64,000 nt of DNA from an uncultured Rhodobacteraceae bacterium (GCA_947494445.1 CANLVD010000005.1:184947-248946); one strand, 5' to 3'; shown: positions 39,236 to 53,154, numbered from the stretch's first letter. Numbers and translations are program-made. Notes: generated from the letters alone by a model not told the origin.

Positions 39236-39706
39236 ATGGGTGCCAACCTGATGCAAAACAGGTCGAGCGGCGGACGCAGGGTCCGGCGCTCGGCTGGCAA
39301 GCCGATGTCGGAAATCAACGTGACGCCATTCGTGGACGTGATGCTGGTTCTGTTGATCATCTTCATGGTTGCTGCCCCGTTGCTGACCGTTGGCGTGCCG
39401 ATCGAATTGCCTGAAACTGCTGCCGAGCCTCTGGAGCAGGAGGATCAGGAACCGCTGACGATCTCGCTCTCGTCCGATGGTCTGGTGATGGTCCAGGAGG
39501 CCGAGGTTGACCGGTCGGAACTGATCAACCGCCTGCGCGCAGTGGCGGCTGAGCGCAGTGATGACAAGATTTTCCTGCGCGCCGATGGGGCCATTCCATA
39601 CGCGGAAGTGGCCGAAGTTATGGGCGCGCTGAATGCGGCAGGGTTCAACAAGATCGGGCTGGTGACCGACGGGGGTGGTCCGACGCTGGACGGCACAGGG
39701 AACTAG
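39236..39706 (+). CDS. tolR: Tol-Pal system protein TolR (ExbD/TolR family)
   Basis: Motif INVTPFVDVMLVLLIIFMV containing the conserved Asp. Confidence 0.9.
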   Translation: MGANLMQNRSSGGRRVRRSAGKPMSEINVTPFVDVMLVLLIIFMVAAPLLTVGVPIELPETAAEPLEQEDQEPLTISLSSDGLVMVQEAEVDRSELINRLRAVAAERSDDKIFLRADGAIPYAEVAEVMGALNAAGFNKIGLVTDGGGPTLDGTGN

Positions 39707-39715
39707 GTCTCCGGG

Positions 39716-40921
39716 ATGGACAGAGGCATGGCCATATCGATGGGAGGGCACGCGGTTCTGATCGCGATTGCGCTCTTTGGTCTGCCGTGGTTCTCGGATG
39801 ACGATCGCCAGCCGATGCAGATCAGTGAAGTGTCGATCATGAGCGCGTCCGAATTTGAGGCACTTCGGTCTTCTGCGCCGCAAGCGCCGGAGATTGATGC
39901 GAACCTGACCCAGCCATCGGTGGAATTTGATCCCAACTCGGCACCTGCCGAAGACAGCCGTCCTGTGGCCACGGCCAAGGATGAGGTGGAGGCCCCGACA
40001 GAGCAGGATGCAGCCGCCAATCTGGACGCGGTGACCACACGGGTGGTCGACCCGACTGTACAGACGGCTGTGGCCGAACCGGAGACGAGTGCACCACAGG
40101 TTTCAACCCTGACCGCGCCCAGTACCGGGCTTGACACCCAAAGCCTGAGCCCGCAGGCACCGGTTGCGCTCAATCGCCCTCCTGCACCACGCCCGGCCGA
40201 TGTGATTTCACCCATTCCCAACCCCGCACCGACACGACCAGCAGAACCGTCACCGCGCGAGGTGGCATCTGTTCAGCCAGATGAGGCTGCTGAGACACCG
40301 GAGACACCTCCCGAACCGGAAGCTGCTCCGGAAGAGACGACAACCGAAGTATCCCCAGAACAGCCAAGCGGGGAAGAGGATGGCGCACGTTTGTTGACGG
40401 CGGCACGGCCTCAGGCACGCCCGCGGGATCTGGCTGAACAGGTTGAGGCTGCTTCGCGTGCTGCCGAGGAAGAGGCCGAAAGACAGCGCCAGGCTGAGGC
40501 GGATGCACAGGCCGCCGAAGTCGCAGCGGCTCTGGCTGCGGCAAGCGAGGCACCGTCTACGCCAGCACCCGCCGCGCAGCCCGATCTGCCAACAGGCCCG
40601 CCGATCACATCGGGAGAGCGCAATGCCTTCTTCTCGCAGATCAGCGCCTGCTGGGTGTTCGATCCCGGCACGGAAAATGCTGCCGACCTGATCGTGACCA
40701 TCGAGTTCGATCTGAACGCGGATGGCACCGTCAAGGGCAAGCCCCGTCAGGTGGGTGGCAACCAGACGCCAGCGTCCAGGCGCGCCTTTGATGCGGCCAG
40801 CCGGGCCGTGATGCGCTGTTCGGCACAAAACGGTGGGTATTCTTTGCCAGCGGAAAAGTACGGACGCTGGCAGAAAGCAAGGATCACATTCGACCCCAGC
40901 AAGCGGGTCCTGAATTGGTGA
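39716..40921 (+). CDS. tolA: TolA-like cell envelope integrity protein
   Basis: N-terminal TM helix, a long A/E/P/Q-rich linker and a C-terminal TolA-III-like domain. Position in the operon fits tolA. Confidence 0.75.
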   Translation: MDRGMAISMGGHAVLIAIALFGLPWFSDDDRQPMQISEVSIMSASEFEALRSSAPQAPEIDANLTQPSVEFDPNSAPAEDSRPVATAKDEVEAPTEQDAAANLDAVTTRVVDPTVQTAVAEPETSAPQVSTLTAPSTGLDTQSLSPQAPVALNRPPAPRPADVISPIPNPAPTRPAEPSPREVASVQPDEAAETPETPPEPEAAPEETTTEVSPEQPSGEEDGARLLTAARPQARPRDLAEQVEAASRAAEEEAERQRQAEADAQAAEVAAALAAASEAPSTPAPAAQPDLPTGPPITSGERNAFFSQISACWVFDPGTENAADLIVTIEFDLNADGTVKGKPRQVGGNQTPASRRAFDAASRAVMRCSAQNGGYSLPAEKYGRWQKARITFDPSKRVLNW

Positions 40922-40932
40922 GGGGAGAGACC

Positions 40933-42261
40933 ATGAAGACGCTTTTTGCAGCGGTGGCCATCGCGTTTGGCCTGATGGGTGGCAGCGCGATTGCGCAAGG
41001 CTGCGCATCGGATACGATCTGCGGCACGATTGAGGATTTCTCGGTCAAACCGTTGCCCTATGCAGTGCCGCGTTTCATTGCCGAGACCGCAGGCGCAGAT
41101 CAGGTCGCCAACGACATCACGTCCGTGATCGCAGGCAACCTGAACAACACCGGCCTGTTCCGTGAGGTGCCGGCAGAGGCGCATCTGTCGCGCCGCGACA
41201 GTTTCGGTGCGCCTGTGCAATTCGCCAACTGGACGCCGATCAATGTGCAAGCGCTGATCACCGGGGCTGTATCAACCGGAGCGGATGGGCGGATCACCGT
41301 CAAGTTTCGTTTGTGGGATACTTTCAACGGACGGGAACTGGGGCAGGGCCAACAGTTTACCGGATCCGCTGCCGGGTGGCGGCGCATGGCTCACAAAGTG
41401 GCCGATCAGGTCTATTCGCGTCTGACTGGCGAAAGCGGGTACTTCGACAGCCGGGTAGTGTTCGTCTCGGAAAGCGGACCAAAGAACGCGCGGCGCAAAC
41501 AGATCACCGTTATGGATCAGGATGGTGCGAATGTTCGCAACCTGACAGGTGCGGGGTCGATTGTCCTCGCGCCCCGGTTTTCGCCAGATGCGAACAGCGT
41601 GATCTACACCTCCTATGAAACAGGCCGTCCGCAGGTTTATCTGCTGGACGCGACATCCGGCCAGCGCCGCAATCTGGGCGGTGGCTCGGCAGTGAGCTTC
41701 TCGCCGCGCTTTTCACCTGACGGGCGCAAGATCGTGATGTCGCTTGGTGATGGGTCGAATACGGATATTTTCACGCTTGATCTGGCCAGCGGCCAGCAGA
41801 GCCGTCTGACCAATACACCGGCGATCGAAACCTCGCCTTCCTATTCGCCAGATGGTTCGCAGGTTGTGTTTGAAAGCGACCGGGGCGGGTCGCAACAGCT
41901 TTACGTAATGCCAGCCTCGGGCGGTCAGGCCAAACGGATCAGCTTTGGCGAGGGGCGTTATGCAACGCCGGTCTGGTCCCCGCGTGGTGATCTGGTGGCT
42001 TTCACCAAGATGGTCGGCGGGCGGTTCCACATCGGCGTGATGCGCCTTGACGGCTCGCAGGAACGCTTGCTGACGGCATCGTTTCTGGACGAGGGGCCGA
42101 CATGGGCACCCAACGGCCGGGTGCTGATGTTTTTCCGGGAAACCTCAGGCGCAAGCGGCGCACCTGCGCTTTATTCAGTGGACATCACCGGCCGCAACCT
42201 GCGCCGCGTGCCAACACCCAGCTTTGCCTCTGATCCAAGCTGGTCGGGACTGCTGCCTTGA
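40933..42261 (+). CDS. tolB: Tol-Pal system beta-propeller protein TolB
   Basis: Signal peptide [21 protein letters not shown] and repeated SPDG beta-propeller blades (FSPDANS, FSPDGRK, YSPDGSQ, WSPRGD). Confidence 0.92.
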   Translation: MKTLFAAVAIAFGLMGGSAIAQGCASDTICGTIEDFSVKPLPYAVPRFIAETAGADQVANDITSVIAGNLNNTGLFREVPAEAHLSRRDSFGAPVQFANWTPINVQALITGAVSTGADGRITVKFRLWDTFNGRELGQGQQFTGSAAGWRRMAHKVADQVYSRLTGESGYFDSRVVFVSESGPKNARRKQITVMDQDGANVRNLTGAGSIVLAPRFSPDANSVIYTSYETGRPQVYLLDATSGQRRNLGGGSAVSFSPRFSPDGRKIVMSLGDGSNTDIFTLDLASGQQSRLTNTPAIETSPSYSPDGSQVVFESDRGGSQQLYVMPASGGQAKRISFGEGRYATPVWSPRGDLVAFTKMVGGRFHIGVMRLDGSQERLLTASFLDEGPTWAPNGRVLMFFRETSGASGAPALYSVDITGRNLRRVPTPSFASDPSWSGLLP

Positions 42262-42346
42262 AGATTCTATGCGGCACCGGGAAAGGGTGCTAAACTTGAC
42301 CCAAGGCCGCGCAAAAGCGGCCACATAAAACAAAAGGTAAAAGAGC

Positions 42347-42868
42347 ATGACACGTTCAAAATACATGATTGCAGGCTTGGCCCTGTTGGCAGCCGGCTGT
42401 TCCGGTGGCGCAGGCGACGACGGATTGTTCGGCAGTGATCGCGATCTTGACGCGGCAGGTAGCGGCACCACCGGGATCAGCAGCGCAAATCTGGATCCCA
42501 CGACAGTTGCCTATTTCAATCAGGTGATCGGGGACCGCGTGTTTTTCGAGGTTGATCAGAGCAATCTGACACCTGGCGCCATGGCTGTGCTGGATCAGCA
42601 GGTTGCCTGGCTTATGCAGAACTCGTCGGCACCTGTCCTGATTGAAGGTCATGCGGATGAACAGGGCACGCGGGAATACAACATCGCACTAAGCGCGCGC
42701 AGGGCCGCGGCCGTGCGCAACTACATGGTCACCAAAGGACTGTCAGACAGCCGCCTTTCGACCATTCCCTACGGCAAGGAACGCCCGATCGAGATCTGCT
42801 CGGAAGAGCGGTGCTGGTCACAGAACCGCCGTGCGGTAACGGTTGTGACGGGCGCGGCTGGGGTTTAA
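42347..42868 (+). CDS. pal: peptidoglycan-associated lipoprotein Pal
   Basis: Lipobox LLAAGC and an OmpA-like domain (EGHADEQGTREYNIALSARRA...NRRAV). Confidence 0.92.
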   Translation: MTRSKYMIAGLALLAAGCSGGAGDDGLFGSDRDLDAAGSGTTGISSANLDPTTVAYFNQVIGDRVFFEVDQSNLTPGAMAVLDQQVAWLMQNSSAPVLIEGHADEQGTREYNIALSARRAAAVRNYMVTKGLSDSRLSTIPYGKERPIEICSEERCWSQNRRAVTVVTGAAGV

Positions 42869-42901
42869 CCTCCCCGCAACCAAGTCGAGAAGGGGTTTGC
42901 T

Positions 42902-43717
42902 ATGTTTCGCGGTATTCTGGCCATACTGGTTCTGCTGCCATGCCTTGCCATGGCGCAGGATGAGCGCAGGCAAACCCTTGCCGACATCCGGGCAGAGCTT
43001 GAGACGCTCAACGGGCTGATCCTTGGTTTGAAGCAGGAAATGGTTCAGACCGGTGCATCGGGTACCGGTATTTCGAACACCCAACCGGTTCTGCAGCGGA
43101 TCGATGCGCTTGAAGATGCGCTGCGGGACGTCACAGGGCAGGTGGAAGCGTTGAGCTTCCGTGTTGACCGGATCGTGCAGGACGGCACCAACCGGGTCGG
43201 GGATCTGGAATACCGGCTTGTCGAGCTGGAAGGCGGCGATGTCAGCACTTTGGGGGCGACCTCGACCCTTGGTGGTGAACCCACAAGCCTGACCTTGCCG
43301 GACGCCGGAACAGGTGGCTCCGGCCCGCAACTGGCGGTGGGGGAAACGGCTGATTTTGACAGTGCGTTTGCGCTTTATCAAAGCGGAGACTACACCGGCT
43401 CGACATTGGCGTTCCGATCCTTCATCGACAACTACCCCGGCGGTCCCCTGACCGTCAAAGCCACCTTCTGGCTGGGCGAGTCACAGGCGGCTCAGGGCAA
43501 TTGGAATGCGGCAGCACGCAGTTATCTCGACAGTTTTTCCAGTGCGCCCGACGGAGAGACTGCGGATCAGGCCCTCTTCAAGCTGGCCCATTCGCTGGAG
43601 CAACTTGGCCAACGCTCTGAGGCTTGCCTGACCCTGAGTGAGATACCACGACGGTTCCCGACCTCGCCATTTTCCGAGCAGGTGCCCGGCAAGAGAAGCG
43701 CTCTTGGATGCTCCTGA
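42902..43717 (+). CDS. cpoB: Tol-Pal system protein YbgF/CpoB
   Basis: Signal peptide, coiled-coil N-terminal domain and TPR-like C-terminal domain. Confidence 0.85.
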   Translation: MFRGILAILVLLPCLAMAQDERRQTLADIRAELETLNGLILGLKQEMVQTGASGTGISNTQPVLQRIDALEDALRDVTGQVEALSFRVDRIVQDGTNRVGDLEYRLVELEGGDVSTLGATSTLGGEPTSLTLPDAGTGGSGPQLAVGETADFDSAFALYQSGDYTGSTLAFRSFIDNYPGGPLTVKATFWLGESQAAQGNWNAAARSYLDSFSSAPDGETADQALFKLAHSLEQLGQRSEACLTLSEIPRRFPTSPFSEQVPGKRSALGCS

Positions 43718-44948
43718 CACGGTTGCCGGACTGACCGGCGATCTGTTTGCCGACCTTCCTGACGGACCTTTGATCGTTGCGGTTTCGGGCGGCAGTGATT
43801 CGATGGCGCTTTTGCACTTGTTGGCCGAGCATGGCAGGAAAGCGCTGATTGTCGCATCTGTTGATCACCGCTTACGTAGGGGCAGTGCCGGGGACGTGGA
43901 ATTCGTGGCAAAAGCCGCTGCAGACCTGTCACTCCCGTTTCATCGGCTGGAATGGGAAACACATCCGACCCAAGGCAACCTCCAGGCAAATGCGCGCGCT
44001 GCCCGGCTGGATCTGCTGGCTGGTCTGGCAAGGTCAAAGCGTGCTGTTGGTGTGGCGCTGGGCCACACGCTGGACGATCAGGCCGAGACGTTTTTGATGC
44101 GTCTTGCGCGCGGGTCGGGCGTTGATGGGTTAAGCGCAATGAGCGCGATCCAGAACCACCACGGCATCACTTTTTACAGACCCTTGTTGGGTGCCCGAAG
44201 GGAAGATCTTCGGGCGTATCTGCGAAAAGACGGACATGGTTGGCGGGAAGATCCCAGCAACGATGATGACCGTTTTGACCGGGTGCGGATGCGCAAAGCC
44301 TTCCCGGAACTGGAGGCCATTGGCTTGACGGCGGAGCGTTTGGCAGGAACAGCGATCCGGATGGCTGATGCCCGATCCGCCCTTGATACATTGGCCCTGA
44401 GCTTTGTCGATGCAGCTGTCGAGACAACCCCGGTTGGCGATATCTCACTTGATTTGTGCAGCTTTCAGGCCCTCGCTTCCGAGACCCGGCACCGCGTGAT
44501 TGCAGCCGGGATCAGATGGATCACCGGCACTCCCTATCGCCCGCGTGCAGATAGTTTGGACCGTGTTCTAGAGAGTTTCGCGCAAGCCGATACGGCCATG
44601 AGGACACTGGCAGGTTGCATCTTCTGGACAGAAGCTGACAGGCTGATCGTCGCGCGAGAACCGGGTGCAGTGGTCAACACCCTAGGCGCTGGCAGACAGT
44701 GGGACGGGCGCTGGCTGATCGGTGCGATGCCCCAAGGTTGCACGTTGCGCGCGCTTGGTCAGGACGGGCTGCTTGTTGTGGGAAACTGGCGTGACAGCGG
44801 ATGGTCAAGGACCCGGCTTTTGTCGTTGCCGTCGTTCTGGCGTGACGGCGCGCTTGTTGCGCAGCCTCTGCTGATGCCGCAACAGGGGTGTGATGCGGTG
44901 CTTCTCAGAGGGCGCGAAGAGTTTATGGATATGTTCATCAGTCGTTGA
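43704..44948 (+). CDS. tilS: tRNA(Ile)-lysidine synthetase
   Basis: PP-loop VAVSGGSDSMALL. Start is uncertain: TTG 43704 is chosen, while the track ORF from 43638 overlaps ybgF. Confidence 0.85.
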   Translation: MDAPDTVAGLTGDLFADLPDGPLIVAVSGGSDSMALLHLLAEHGRKALIVASVDHRLRRGSAGDVEFVAKAAADLSLPFHRLEWETHPTQGNLQANARAARLDLLAGLARSKRAVGVALGHTLDDQAETFLMRLARGSGVDGLSAMSAIQNHHGITFYRPLLGARREDLRAYLRKDGHGWREDPSNDDDRFDRVRMRKAFPELEAIGLTAERLAGTAIRMADARSALDTLALSFVDAAVETTPVGDISLDLCSFQALASETRHRVIAAGIRWITGTPYRPRADSLDRVLESFAQADTAMRTLAGCIFWTEADRLIVAREPGAVVNTLGAGRQWDGRWLIGAMPQGCTLRALGQDGLLVVGNWRDSGWSRTRLLSLPSFWRDGALVAQPLLMPQQGCDAVLLRGREEFMDMFISR

Positions 44949-45026
44949 AACCTTCGTGACAGAGTTTATGTTAAGCCGCAGATGAGGGCGTCCGTTTGGG
45001 ATGGAGGCCCGACAAGGAGCCTTACT

Positions 45027-46955
<1,929 letters not shown>

Positions 46956-46968
46956 TCTGATCAGATTT

Positions 46969-46995
46969 GCCGGGCGCTTGCGCCCGGCTTTTTTT
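46969..46995 (+). terminator. rho-independent terminator after ftsH
   Basis: GCCGGGCGCTTGCGCCCGGC followed by TTTTTTT. Confidence 0.8.
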
Positions 46996-47027
46996 CATTT
47001 GACCTTCAAGAGCTTTGCATCTGACCC

Positions 47028-47618
47028 ATGGCGATACTGTCTCCAACCGGATTGAGCGGAACCATTGTCTGGATGGGCAGGGTCGAGGATCGTGACGCAG
47101 CCCTTGCATCCTCGGAGATGGGTCAGGCAGAGGTCGGCTATGACGGGCTTCCCGGTGAAAGCCACGGCGGTCTGACCCGCAAGTCCTGCGCACGTGTCTT
47201 GCAACAATATCCGCGCGGCACGGAGATCCGCAATGTGCGCCAGATCACGATCCTGTCCGAAGAGGACATGGCCGCGACTGCACGGGACATGGGGCTCGAC
47301 CGGCTGGAGCCTGAATGGGTCGGCGCCAGTCTGATCATCAAAGGCATTCCCGACTTCACGATGATCCCACCCTCGTCGCGGTTGATATCGCAATCGGGTC
47401 TTGGACTTGTGGTGGATATGGAAAATGCCCCTTGCACACTAAGTGCGCGCTCGATCGAGCAATTCGCTCCGGGGTATGGAAAACTATACAAGCAGGCGGC
47501 CCAGAACCGCCGCGGTGTGACCGCCTGGGTCGAGCGCCCAGGACCGTTGCATATCGGAGATGTCCTTCAGCTTCATGCGCCGCCAAACCGGATTTACCGG
47601 CATATTCCGACCTCCTGA
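47028..47618 (+). CDS. MOSC domain-containing protein
   Basis: 196 aa with a beta-barrel MOSC-like pattern (GLPGESHGG...). Assignment made by eye. Confidence 0.65.
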   Translation: MAILSPTGLSGTIVWMGRVEDRDAALASSEMGQAEVGYDGLPGESHGGLTRKSCARVLQQYPRGTEIRNVRQITILSEEDMAATARDMGLDRLEPEWVGASLIIKGIPDFTMIPPSSRLISQSGLGLVVDMENAPCTLSARSIEQFAPGYGKLYKQAAQNRRGVTAWVERPGPLHIGDVLQLHAPPNRIYRHIPTS

Positions 47619-47784
47619 GACGCCGATACCAAAGTGTACGTTGTTTCCGTTTGGAAACCTGCGGAACCTGTCGCGCCGGTTTCGGTCGATAATGCTGCGC
47701 GGGACGCCGGATTTATCCTAGCGGACCTTTGGCTTGGGATTGATTATACGGCCAAATCCGTTGCCTGTTCTGGGAGGAAACAAA

Positions 47785-49461
47785 ATGGCTTTCAAAACCG
47801 ATATTGAAATTGCGCGTGAAGCAAAGAAGAAACCTATTCAGGACATCGGAGCCAAGCTTGGGATCCCGTCAGAGCATCTTGTGCCTTATGGCCATGACAA
47901 GGCGAAGATCTCTCAGGAGTTTCTGAAAACCCTCGGGGACCGCCCCGACGGCAAGCTGATCCTGGTCACTGCCATCAACCCCACGCCTGCAGGTGAAGGC
48001 AAAACCACCACGACGGTCGGTCTTGGGGATGGGCTGAACGCCATCGGCAAAAACGCCGCGATCTGTATTCGCGAAGCATCGCTTGGCCCATGCTTTGGCA
48101 TGAAGGGCGGAGCCGCTGGGGGCGGCTATGCCCAAGTGGTGCCGATGGAGGACATGAACCTTCATTTCACCGGTGACTTTCACGCGATCACATCTGCACA
48201 CAACCTGCTGTCCGCAATGATCGACAACCACATCTATTGGGGCAACAGCCTTGAGATCGATCAGCGCCGGGTCGTCTGGCGGCGGGTGCTTGACATGAAC
48301 GATCGGGCGCTGCGCGACATCGTGACCTCGTTGGGCGGCGTGTCGAACGGGTTCCCGCGTCAGGCAGGATTTGACATCACCGTGGCTTCCGAGGTCATGG
48401 CGATCCTCTGCCTTGCAACCGATCTTGACGATCTGCAGAAGCGTCTGGGCGACATCATCGTGGCGTACCGCCGGGACCGCTCACCGGTGTTTGCGCGCGA
48501 CATCAAGGCAGATGGTGCGATGACGGTTCTGTTGCAGCAGGCCATGCAGCCCAACATCGTGCAAACGCTTGAGAACAACCCTGCGTTTGTTCACGGCGGC
48601 CCGTTCGCCAACATTGCCCATGGCTGCAACTCTGTCATCGCGACGAAATCCGCGCTGAAGCTTGCTGATTTCGTGGTTACGGAGGCAGGCTTCGGTGCTG
48701 ACCTCGGCGCTGAGAAATTCATGAACATCAAGTGCCGCAAAGCGGGCATCGCGCCCGATTGTGTGGTGCTGGTGGCAACCGTGCGCGCGATGAAAATGAA
48801 CGGTGGCGTCGCCAAGGCAGATCTTGGTCCTGAGAACGTGAAGGCCGTGCAGGACGGTTGCCCGAACCTGGGTCGCCACATCTCGAACGTCAAGAGTTTC
48901 GGCGTGCCTGTGGTCGTGGCAATCAACCATTTCGTCACCGACACCGATGCCGAAGTGCAGGCCGTCAAGGACTACGTGGCCGATCAGGGCGCCGAGGCGA
49001 TCCTGTGCAAGCACTGGGCTCATGGCTCGGATGGTACGAAAGAGCTTGCCACCCGCGTGGCCGAGATTGCCGAGGCAGGAGAGGCACAGTTCGCCCCGCT
49101 CTACCCCGACGAAATGCCGCTTCTGGACAAGATCAACACCATCGCGAAGAAAATCTATCGCGCCGAAGAGGTTCAGGTCGACAAGAAGATCGTGGATCAG
49201 TTGGCGCAGTGGGAGGCCGCAGGCTTTGGCAATCTGCCGGTCTGCATGGCCAAGACGCAGTATTCCTTCTCAACCGATCCGAACCAGCGCGGCGCCCCGA
49301 CAGGCCATTCCGTGCCGGTGCGTGAGGTTCGCCTGTCAGCAGGTGCGGGCTTCATCGTGGCCATCTGCGGTGAGATCATGACCATGCCGGGCCTGCCTCG
49401 CGTGCCTTCTGCCGAGGCGATCATGCTCAACGATGACGGCCAGATTGACGGTCTGTTCTGA
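47785..49461 (+). CDS. fhs: formate--tetrahydrofolate ligase
   Basis: Starts [13 protein letters not shown], with P-loop [12 protein letters not shown]. About 558 aa. Confidence 0.95.
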   Translation: MAFKTDIEIAREAKKKPIQDIGAKLGIPSEHLVPYGHDKAKISQEFLKTLGDRPDGKLILVTAINPTPAGEGKTTTTVGLGDGLNAIGKNAAICIREASLGPCFGMKGGAAGGGYAQVVPMEDMNLHFTGDFHAITSAHNLLSAMIDNHIYWGNSLEIDQRRVVWRRVLDMNDRALRDIVTSLGGVSNGFPRQAGFDITVASEVMAILCLATDLDDLQKRLGDIIVAYRRDRSPVFARDIKADGAMTVLLQQAMQPNIVQTLENNPAFVHGGPFANIAHGCNSVIATKSALKLADFVVTEAGFGADLGAEKFMNIKCRKAGIAPDCVVLVATVRAMKMNGGVAKADLGPENVKAVQDGCPNLGRHISNVKSFGVPVVVAINHFVTDTDAEVQAVKDYVADQGAEAILCKHWAHGSDGTKELATRVAEIAEAGEAQFAPLYPDEMPLLDKINTIAKKIYRAEEVQVDKKIVDQLAQWEAAGFGNLPVCMAKTQYSFSTDPNQRGAPTGHSVPVREVRLSAGAGFIVAICGEIMTMPGLPRVPSAEAIMLNDDGQIDGLF

Positions 49462-49473
49462 GGAGGCAAGACG

Positions 49474-50376
49474 GTGACAGCACAATTGATAGACGGCAAA
49501 GCTTTTGCCGCAACGGTCCGCGAAAAAGTGGCCGCTCATGTTTCCAAGTTGAAGGCCGATCATGACCTGACGCCAGGGCTGGCGGTGGTGCTGGTCGGGG
49601 AAGATCCCGCCAGCCAGGTCTATGTCCGCTCCAAGGGCAAGCAGACGGTTGAGGTCGGCATGAAATCGGTCGAGCACAAGCTGGACCGGGACACATCCGA
49701 GGCGGATCTGCTGGCTTTGATCAAAAGCCTGAACGCTGATCCGACGATCCACGGTATTCTGGTGCAATTGCCCCTGCCGGACCATCTGGACGAGGATCTG
49801 GTAATCAATTCCATCGATCCGGCCAAGGATGTGGATGGGTTTCATATCTCCAATGTGGGCCTGCTGGGCACAGGGCAGAAATCCATGGTGCCTTGCACAC
49901 CGCTTGGCTGTCTGATGATGCTGCGGGATCACCACGGCTCGCTGTCCGGGCTGAATGCGGTGGTTGTGGGGCGGTCCAACATTGTCGGCAAACCGATGGC
50001 GCAATTGCTGCTCGGAGACAGCTGCACAGTCACGATTGCACATTCGCGCACGAAGGATCTGCCCGATGTGGTGCGAGGCGCGGATATTGTTGTGGCCGCC
50101 GTTGGGCGGCCGCAGATGGTTCCCGGTGATTGGATCAAGCCCGGTGCCACGGTGATTGACGTCGGCATCAACCGGATTGATGCGCCTGAGCGTGGTGAGG
50201 GGAAGACAAGACTTGTGGGCGATGTCGATTTTGACAGTTGCGCAGCCGTGGCCGGTGCGATTACGCCCGTTCCCGGCGGCGTTGGTCCAATGACCATCGC
50301 CTGTCTTTTGGCCAACACTCTGACCGCCTGTTGCCGGGCCAATCAGCTGGAAGAACCCGAAGGACTGACTGTCTGA
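49474..50376 (+). CDS. folD: bifunctional methylene-THF dehydrogenase/methenyl-THF cyclohydrolase
   Basis: GTG start. Motifs [22 protein letters not shown] and GRSNIVGKP. Confidence 0.95.
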   Translation: MTAQLIDGKAFAATVREKVAAHVSKLKADHDLTPGLAVVLVGEDPASQVYVRSKGKQTVEVGMKSVEHKLDRDTSEADLLALIKSLNADPTIHGILVQLPLPDHLDEDLVINSIDPAKDVDGFHISNVGLLGTGQKSMVPCTPLGCLMMLRDHHGSLSGLNAVVVGRSNIVGKPMAQLLLGDSCTVTIAHSRTKDLPDVVRGADIVVAAVGRPQMVPGDWIKPGATVIDVGINRIDAPERGEGKTRLVGDVDFDSCAAVAGAITPVPGGVGPMTIACLLANTLTACCRANQLEEPEGLTV

Positions 50377-50415
50377 CAGACCTTCCCTGCAAGGAATTGC
50401 TCCAATCCTGACATC

Positions 50416-50447
50416 AGGCACCTCTGCACAGGAGGTGCCTTTTTCTT
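50416..50447 (+). terminator. rho-independent terminator after folD
   Basis: AGGCACCTCTGCACAGGAGGTGCCT followed by TTTTCTTT. Confidence 0.75.
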
Positions 50448-50604
50448 TGCCGGTTCAGATGGCGTTCCGGTCAACCTCACCTCTTGAAACTCCTTCAATG
50501 GGTGATCGCGACTTGTCGCATTCAAGCAAGTTTCGCCGCAGACGGTCCAGAAGACAGTGCTTCACCCGATAGGCTCGCTCAAGACGGAATATGGGAGAGA
50601 TGTC

Positions 50605-53154
50605 ATGCAAACCCAGGCTCGGGTCGTTGTAATCGGCGGTGGAGTGGTCGGATGTTCGGTCCTGTACCACCTTGCCAAGGCAGGCTGGACCGATGTTCTG
50701 CTGATCGAGCGTTCAGAGCTGACTTCTGGATCGTCATGGCATGCGGCAGGCGGGTTTCACACGCTTAACGGCGATCCCAACGTGGCAAAGCTGCAAGCCT
50801 ATACAGTGGGTCTGTACAAGGAGCTGGAAGAGCTTTCGGGCCAATCCTGCGGCTTGCATCTGACCGGTGGTTTCATGATGGCGGATACGCCTGAGCGGAT
50901 GGATTTCCTGCGTGCCGCCCATGCCAAGGGGCGATACCTTGGCATGTCTACGGAACTTGTCTCCCCTGAGGAGGCCAAGGCAATGTTCCCGCTTCTGGAC
51001 ACGTCTCATTTTGTTGGCGGTCTTTGGGATCCGGTTGAGGGCCATCTCGATCCATCAGGCACCACGCATGCCTATGCCAAGGCCGCGCGCAAACTTGGCG
51101 CATCCATCGAGCTGCGCAATCCAGTGGTGGAGATCACGCAGGATGCTGACGGCACCTGGAATGTGGTGTGCGAGAATGGAACCGTGCGCTGCGAGCACGT
51201 GGTCAACGCCGGCGGGCTTTGGGCGCGTGAGGTGGGTCGGATGGTCGGGCTGGAGCTGCCGCTTCTGGCCATGGAGCATATGTATCTTTTGACCGAAGAC
51301 ATCCCCGAGATCGTCGAATTCAACGAGACCCACGGCCGGGAAGTCTGCCACATCATTGATTTCAAGGGTGAGATCTACACGCGTCAGGAACGTAACGGCC
51401 TGCTGGTCGGCACCTATGAGAAAGCCTGTAAACCATGGTCACCGGTGACCACACCATGGGAATTCGGCCATGAATTGCTGGAGCCGGATCTGGATCGCAT
51501 CAGCCCCAGTCTTGAGATCGGCTTCAGGCACTTTCCGGCCTTGGAACATGCTGGCATCAAGCAGGTCATCAATGGACCATTCACCTTTGCACCCGATGGC
51601 AACCCGCTGGTTGGTCCTGTACCGGGCCTGACGAATTTCTGGTCGGCCTGTGCGGTCATGGCAGGGTTCTCTCAAGGGGGAGGAGTGGGGCTGGCGCTGT
51701 CGAACTGGATGGTTCACGGCGATCCCGGGTTTGATGTTTTCGGTATGGATGTTGCACGCTTCGGAGAATGGGCCAGCCTGCGCTACACGAATGCGAAGGT
51801 TCGCGAGAACTATTCCAACCGCTTCTCCATCCAGTTCCCCAATGAGGAACGGCCTGCGGGGCGGCCTGCTCAGACAACGGCGCTCTACGATGTGATGACG
51901 CGCGACAACAATGCGGCCATGGGCTTTTCCTGGGGTCTTGAGACGCCGCTTTGGTTCGCGCCTGAAGGGGAGGCGCCTGTAGATGTGCTGTCTTTCCACC
52001 GCTCAAACGACTTTGAGCATGTAGGTGCAGAGGTCCGGGCTGTGCGCGAGGCTGTTGGCGTCACCGAAATCTCGAATTTTGCGAAATACGAGGTCACGGG
52101 CGAAGGTGCTGAAGACTGGTTGAACCATCTGATGACGAACCGGATGCCAAAGACCGGACGGATCGTTCTCAGTCCGATGCTCAACGAAGCGGGCAAGCTC
52201 ATCGGAGATTTCACGATCGCCAAACCTGCTGAAGACCGTTTTGTGATCTGGGGCTCTTCTGGCGCGCAGATGTATCATATGCGCTGGTTCGATGTGCATC
52301 TGCCCAAAGATGGTTCGGTGCGGATCCATCGTTTTGACCAGACATTGTCGGGTCTTTCTCTTGCGGGGCCAAAGTCACGGGATGTTCTTGCCGCTCTGGT
52401 GGAGTGTGATGTCTCGAACGCAGCTTTCCGCTTCATGGACCACCGGGAAATGGCTGTGGCAGGCGCGCCTTGTCGGGTCAACCGGATCACCTATACCGGT
52501 GATCTGGGATATGAGATCTGGATGCAACCGGCGCATTTGCGTCAGGTCTATGACGGCATCAAGCAGGCAGGTGCGGCACATGGCATCCGGGACTTCGGGA
52601 TGCGGGCTCTGCTGTCGATGCGCTTAGAAAAGAACTTCCCGACTTGGGGGCACGAGTTGCGCCCGATCTATGGTCCAATGGAAGGGGCGATGGAGCGTTT
52701 CGTGAAACTGTACAACACCGACTTCATCGGGCGGGATGCGGCCCTGAAGGAGGCTCAGGATGGCCCGAACCTTCGACGTAGCGCATTTGTCATAGATGCC
52801 GAAACCGCAGACGTGATGCGTGACGAACCGATTTGGGCGCGGGTTGGCGATCAGGATTTTGGCATTTCTGCGCCCGTGCATGACAGTGGTGTCAGACGTT
52901 ACCGGGATGATGGCAGCACAGTCGAGATGGTGAGCAATCTGACAGACGGAGAGTGGCGGGTCGTCGGCTGGGTGACCTCTGGCGGCTATGCGCATTATGT
53001 CGGTCTTTCCATGGCTCAGGGCTATGTTCCAGCGTCCCTGTCTGAGAAAACCGAAGATGGTTTCTTTGAGATCGAGATCCTTGGAAAGCGCTTGCCAGCG
53101 CGTCTTGTCCTTGATCCACCGTTCGATCCCGAAGGTCACATCATGCGTTCTTGA
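50605..53154 (+). CDS. FAD-dependent oxidoreductase fused to a GcvT-type aminomethyltransferase domain (dimethylglycine/sarcosine dehydrogenase family)
   Basis: Start at MQTQARVVVIGGGVVGCS (FAD GxGxxG). Has a large C-terminal folate-binding GcvT-like region. Confidence 0.85.
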   Translation: MQTQARVVVIGGGVVGCSVLYHLAKAGWTDVLLIERSELTSGSSWHAAGGFHTLNGDPNVAKLQAYTVGLYKELEELSGQSCGLHLTGGFMMADTPERMDFLRAAHAKGRYLGMSTELVSPEEAKAMFPLLDTSHFVGGLWDPVEGHLDPSGTTHAYAKAARKLGASIELRNPVVEITQDADGTWNVVCENGTVRCEHVVNAGGLWAREVGRMVGLELPLLAMEHMYLLTEDIPEIVEFNETHGREVCHIIDFKGEIYTRQERNGLLVGTYEKACKPWSPVTTPWEFGHELLEPDLDRISPSLEIGFRHFPALEHAGIKQVINGPFTFAPDGNPLVGPVPGLTNFWSACAVMAGFSQGGGVGLALSNWMVHGDPGFDVFGMDVARFGEWASLRYTNAKVRENYSNRFSIQFPNEERPAGRPAQTTALYDVMTRDNNAAMGFSWGLETPLWFAPEGEAPVDVLSFHRSNDFEHVGAEVRAVREAVGVTEISNFAKYEVTGEGAEDWLNHLMTNRMPKTGRIVLSPMLNEAGKLIGDFTIAKPAEDRFVIWGSSGAQMYHMRWFDVHLPKDGSVRIHRFDQTLSGLSLAGPKSRDVLAALVECDVSNAAFRFMDHREMAVAGAPCRVNRITYTGDLGYEIWMQPAHLRQVYDGIKQAGAAHGIRDFGMRALLSMRLEKNFPTWGHELRPIYGPMEGAMERFVKLYNTDFIGRDAALKEAQDGPNLRRSAFVIDAETADVMRDEPIWARVGDQDFGISAPVHDSGVRRYRDDGSTVEMVSNLTDGEWRVVGWVTSGGYAHYVGLSMAQGYVPASLSEKTEDGFFEIEILGKRLPARLVLDPPFDPEGHIMRS

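Noticed and set aside
39716-40921. Low-complexity A/E/P/Q-rich repeat region as a novel element
   Set aside because: It is the expected extended domain II linker of TolA within a canonical tolQRAB-pal operon.
47619-47784. Possible ZTP (pfl) or THF riboswitch upstream of fhs-folD
   Set aside because: I could not find the conserved ZTP elements (a GGGUCGUGAC-type 5' sub-domain and the CCGCCUGGGC 3' pseudoknot strand) or THF motifs. A covariance-model search would still be needed for certainty.
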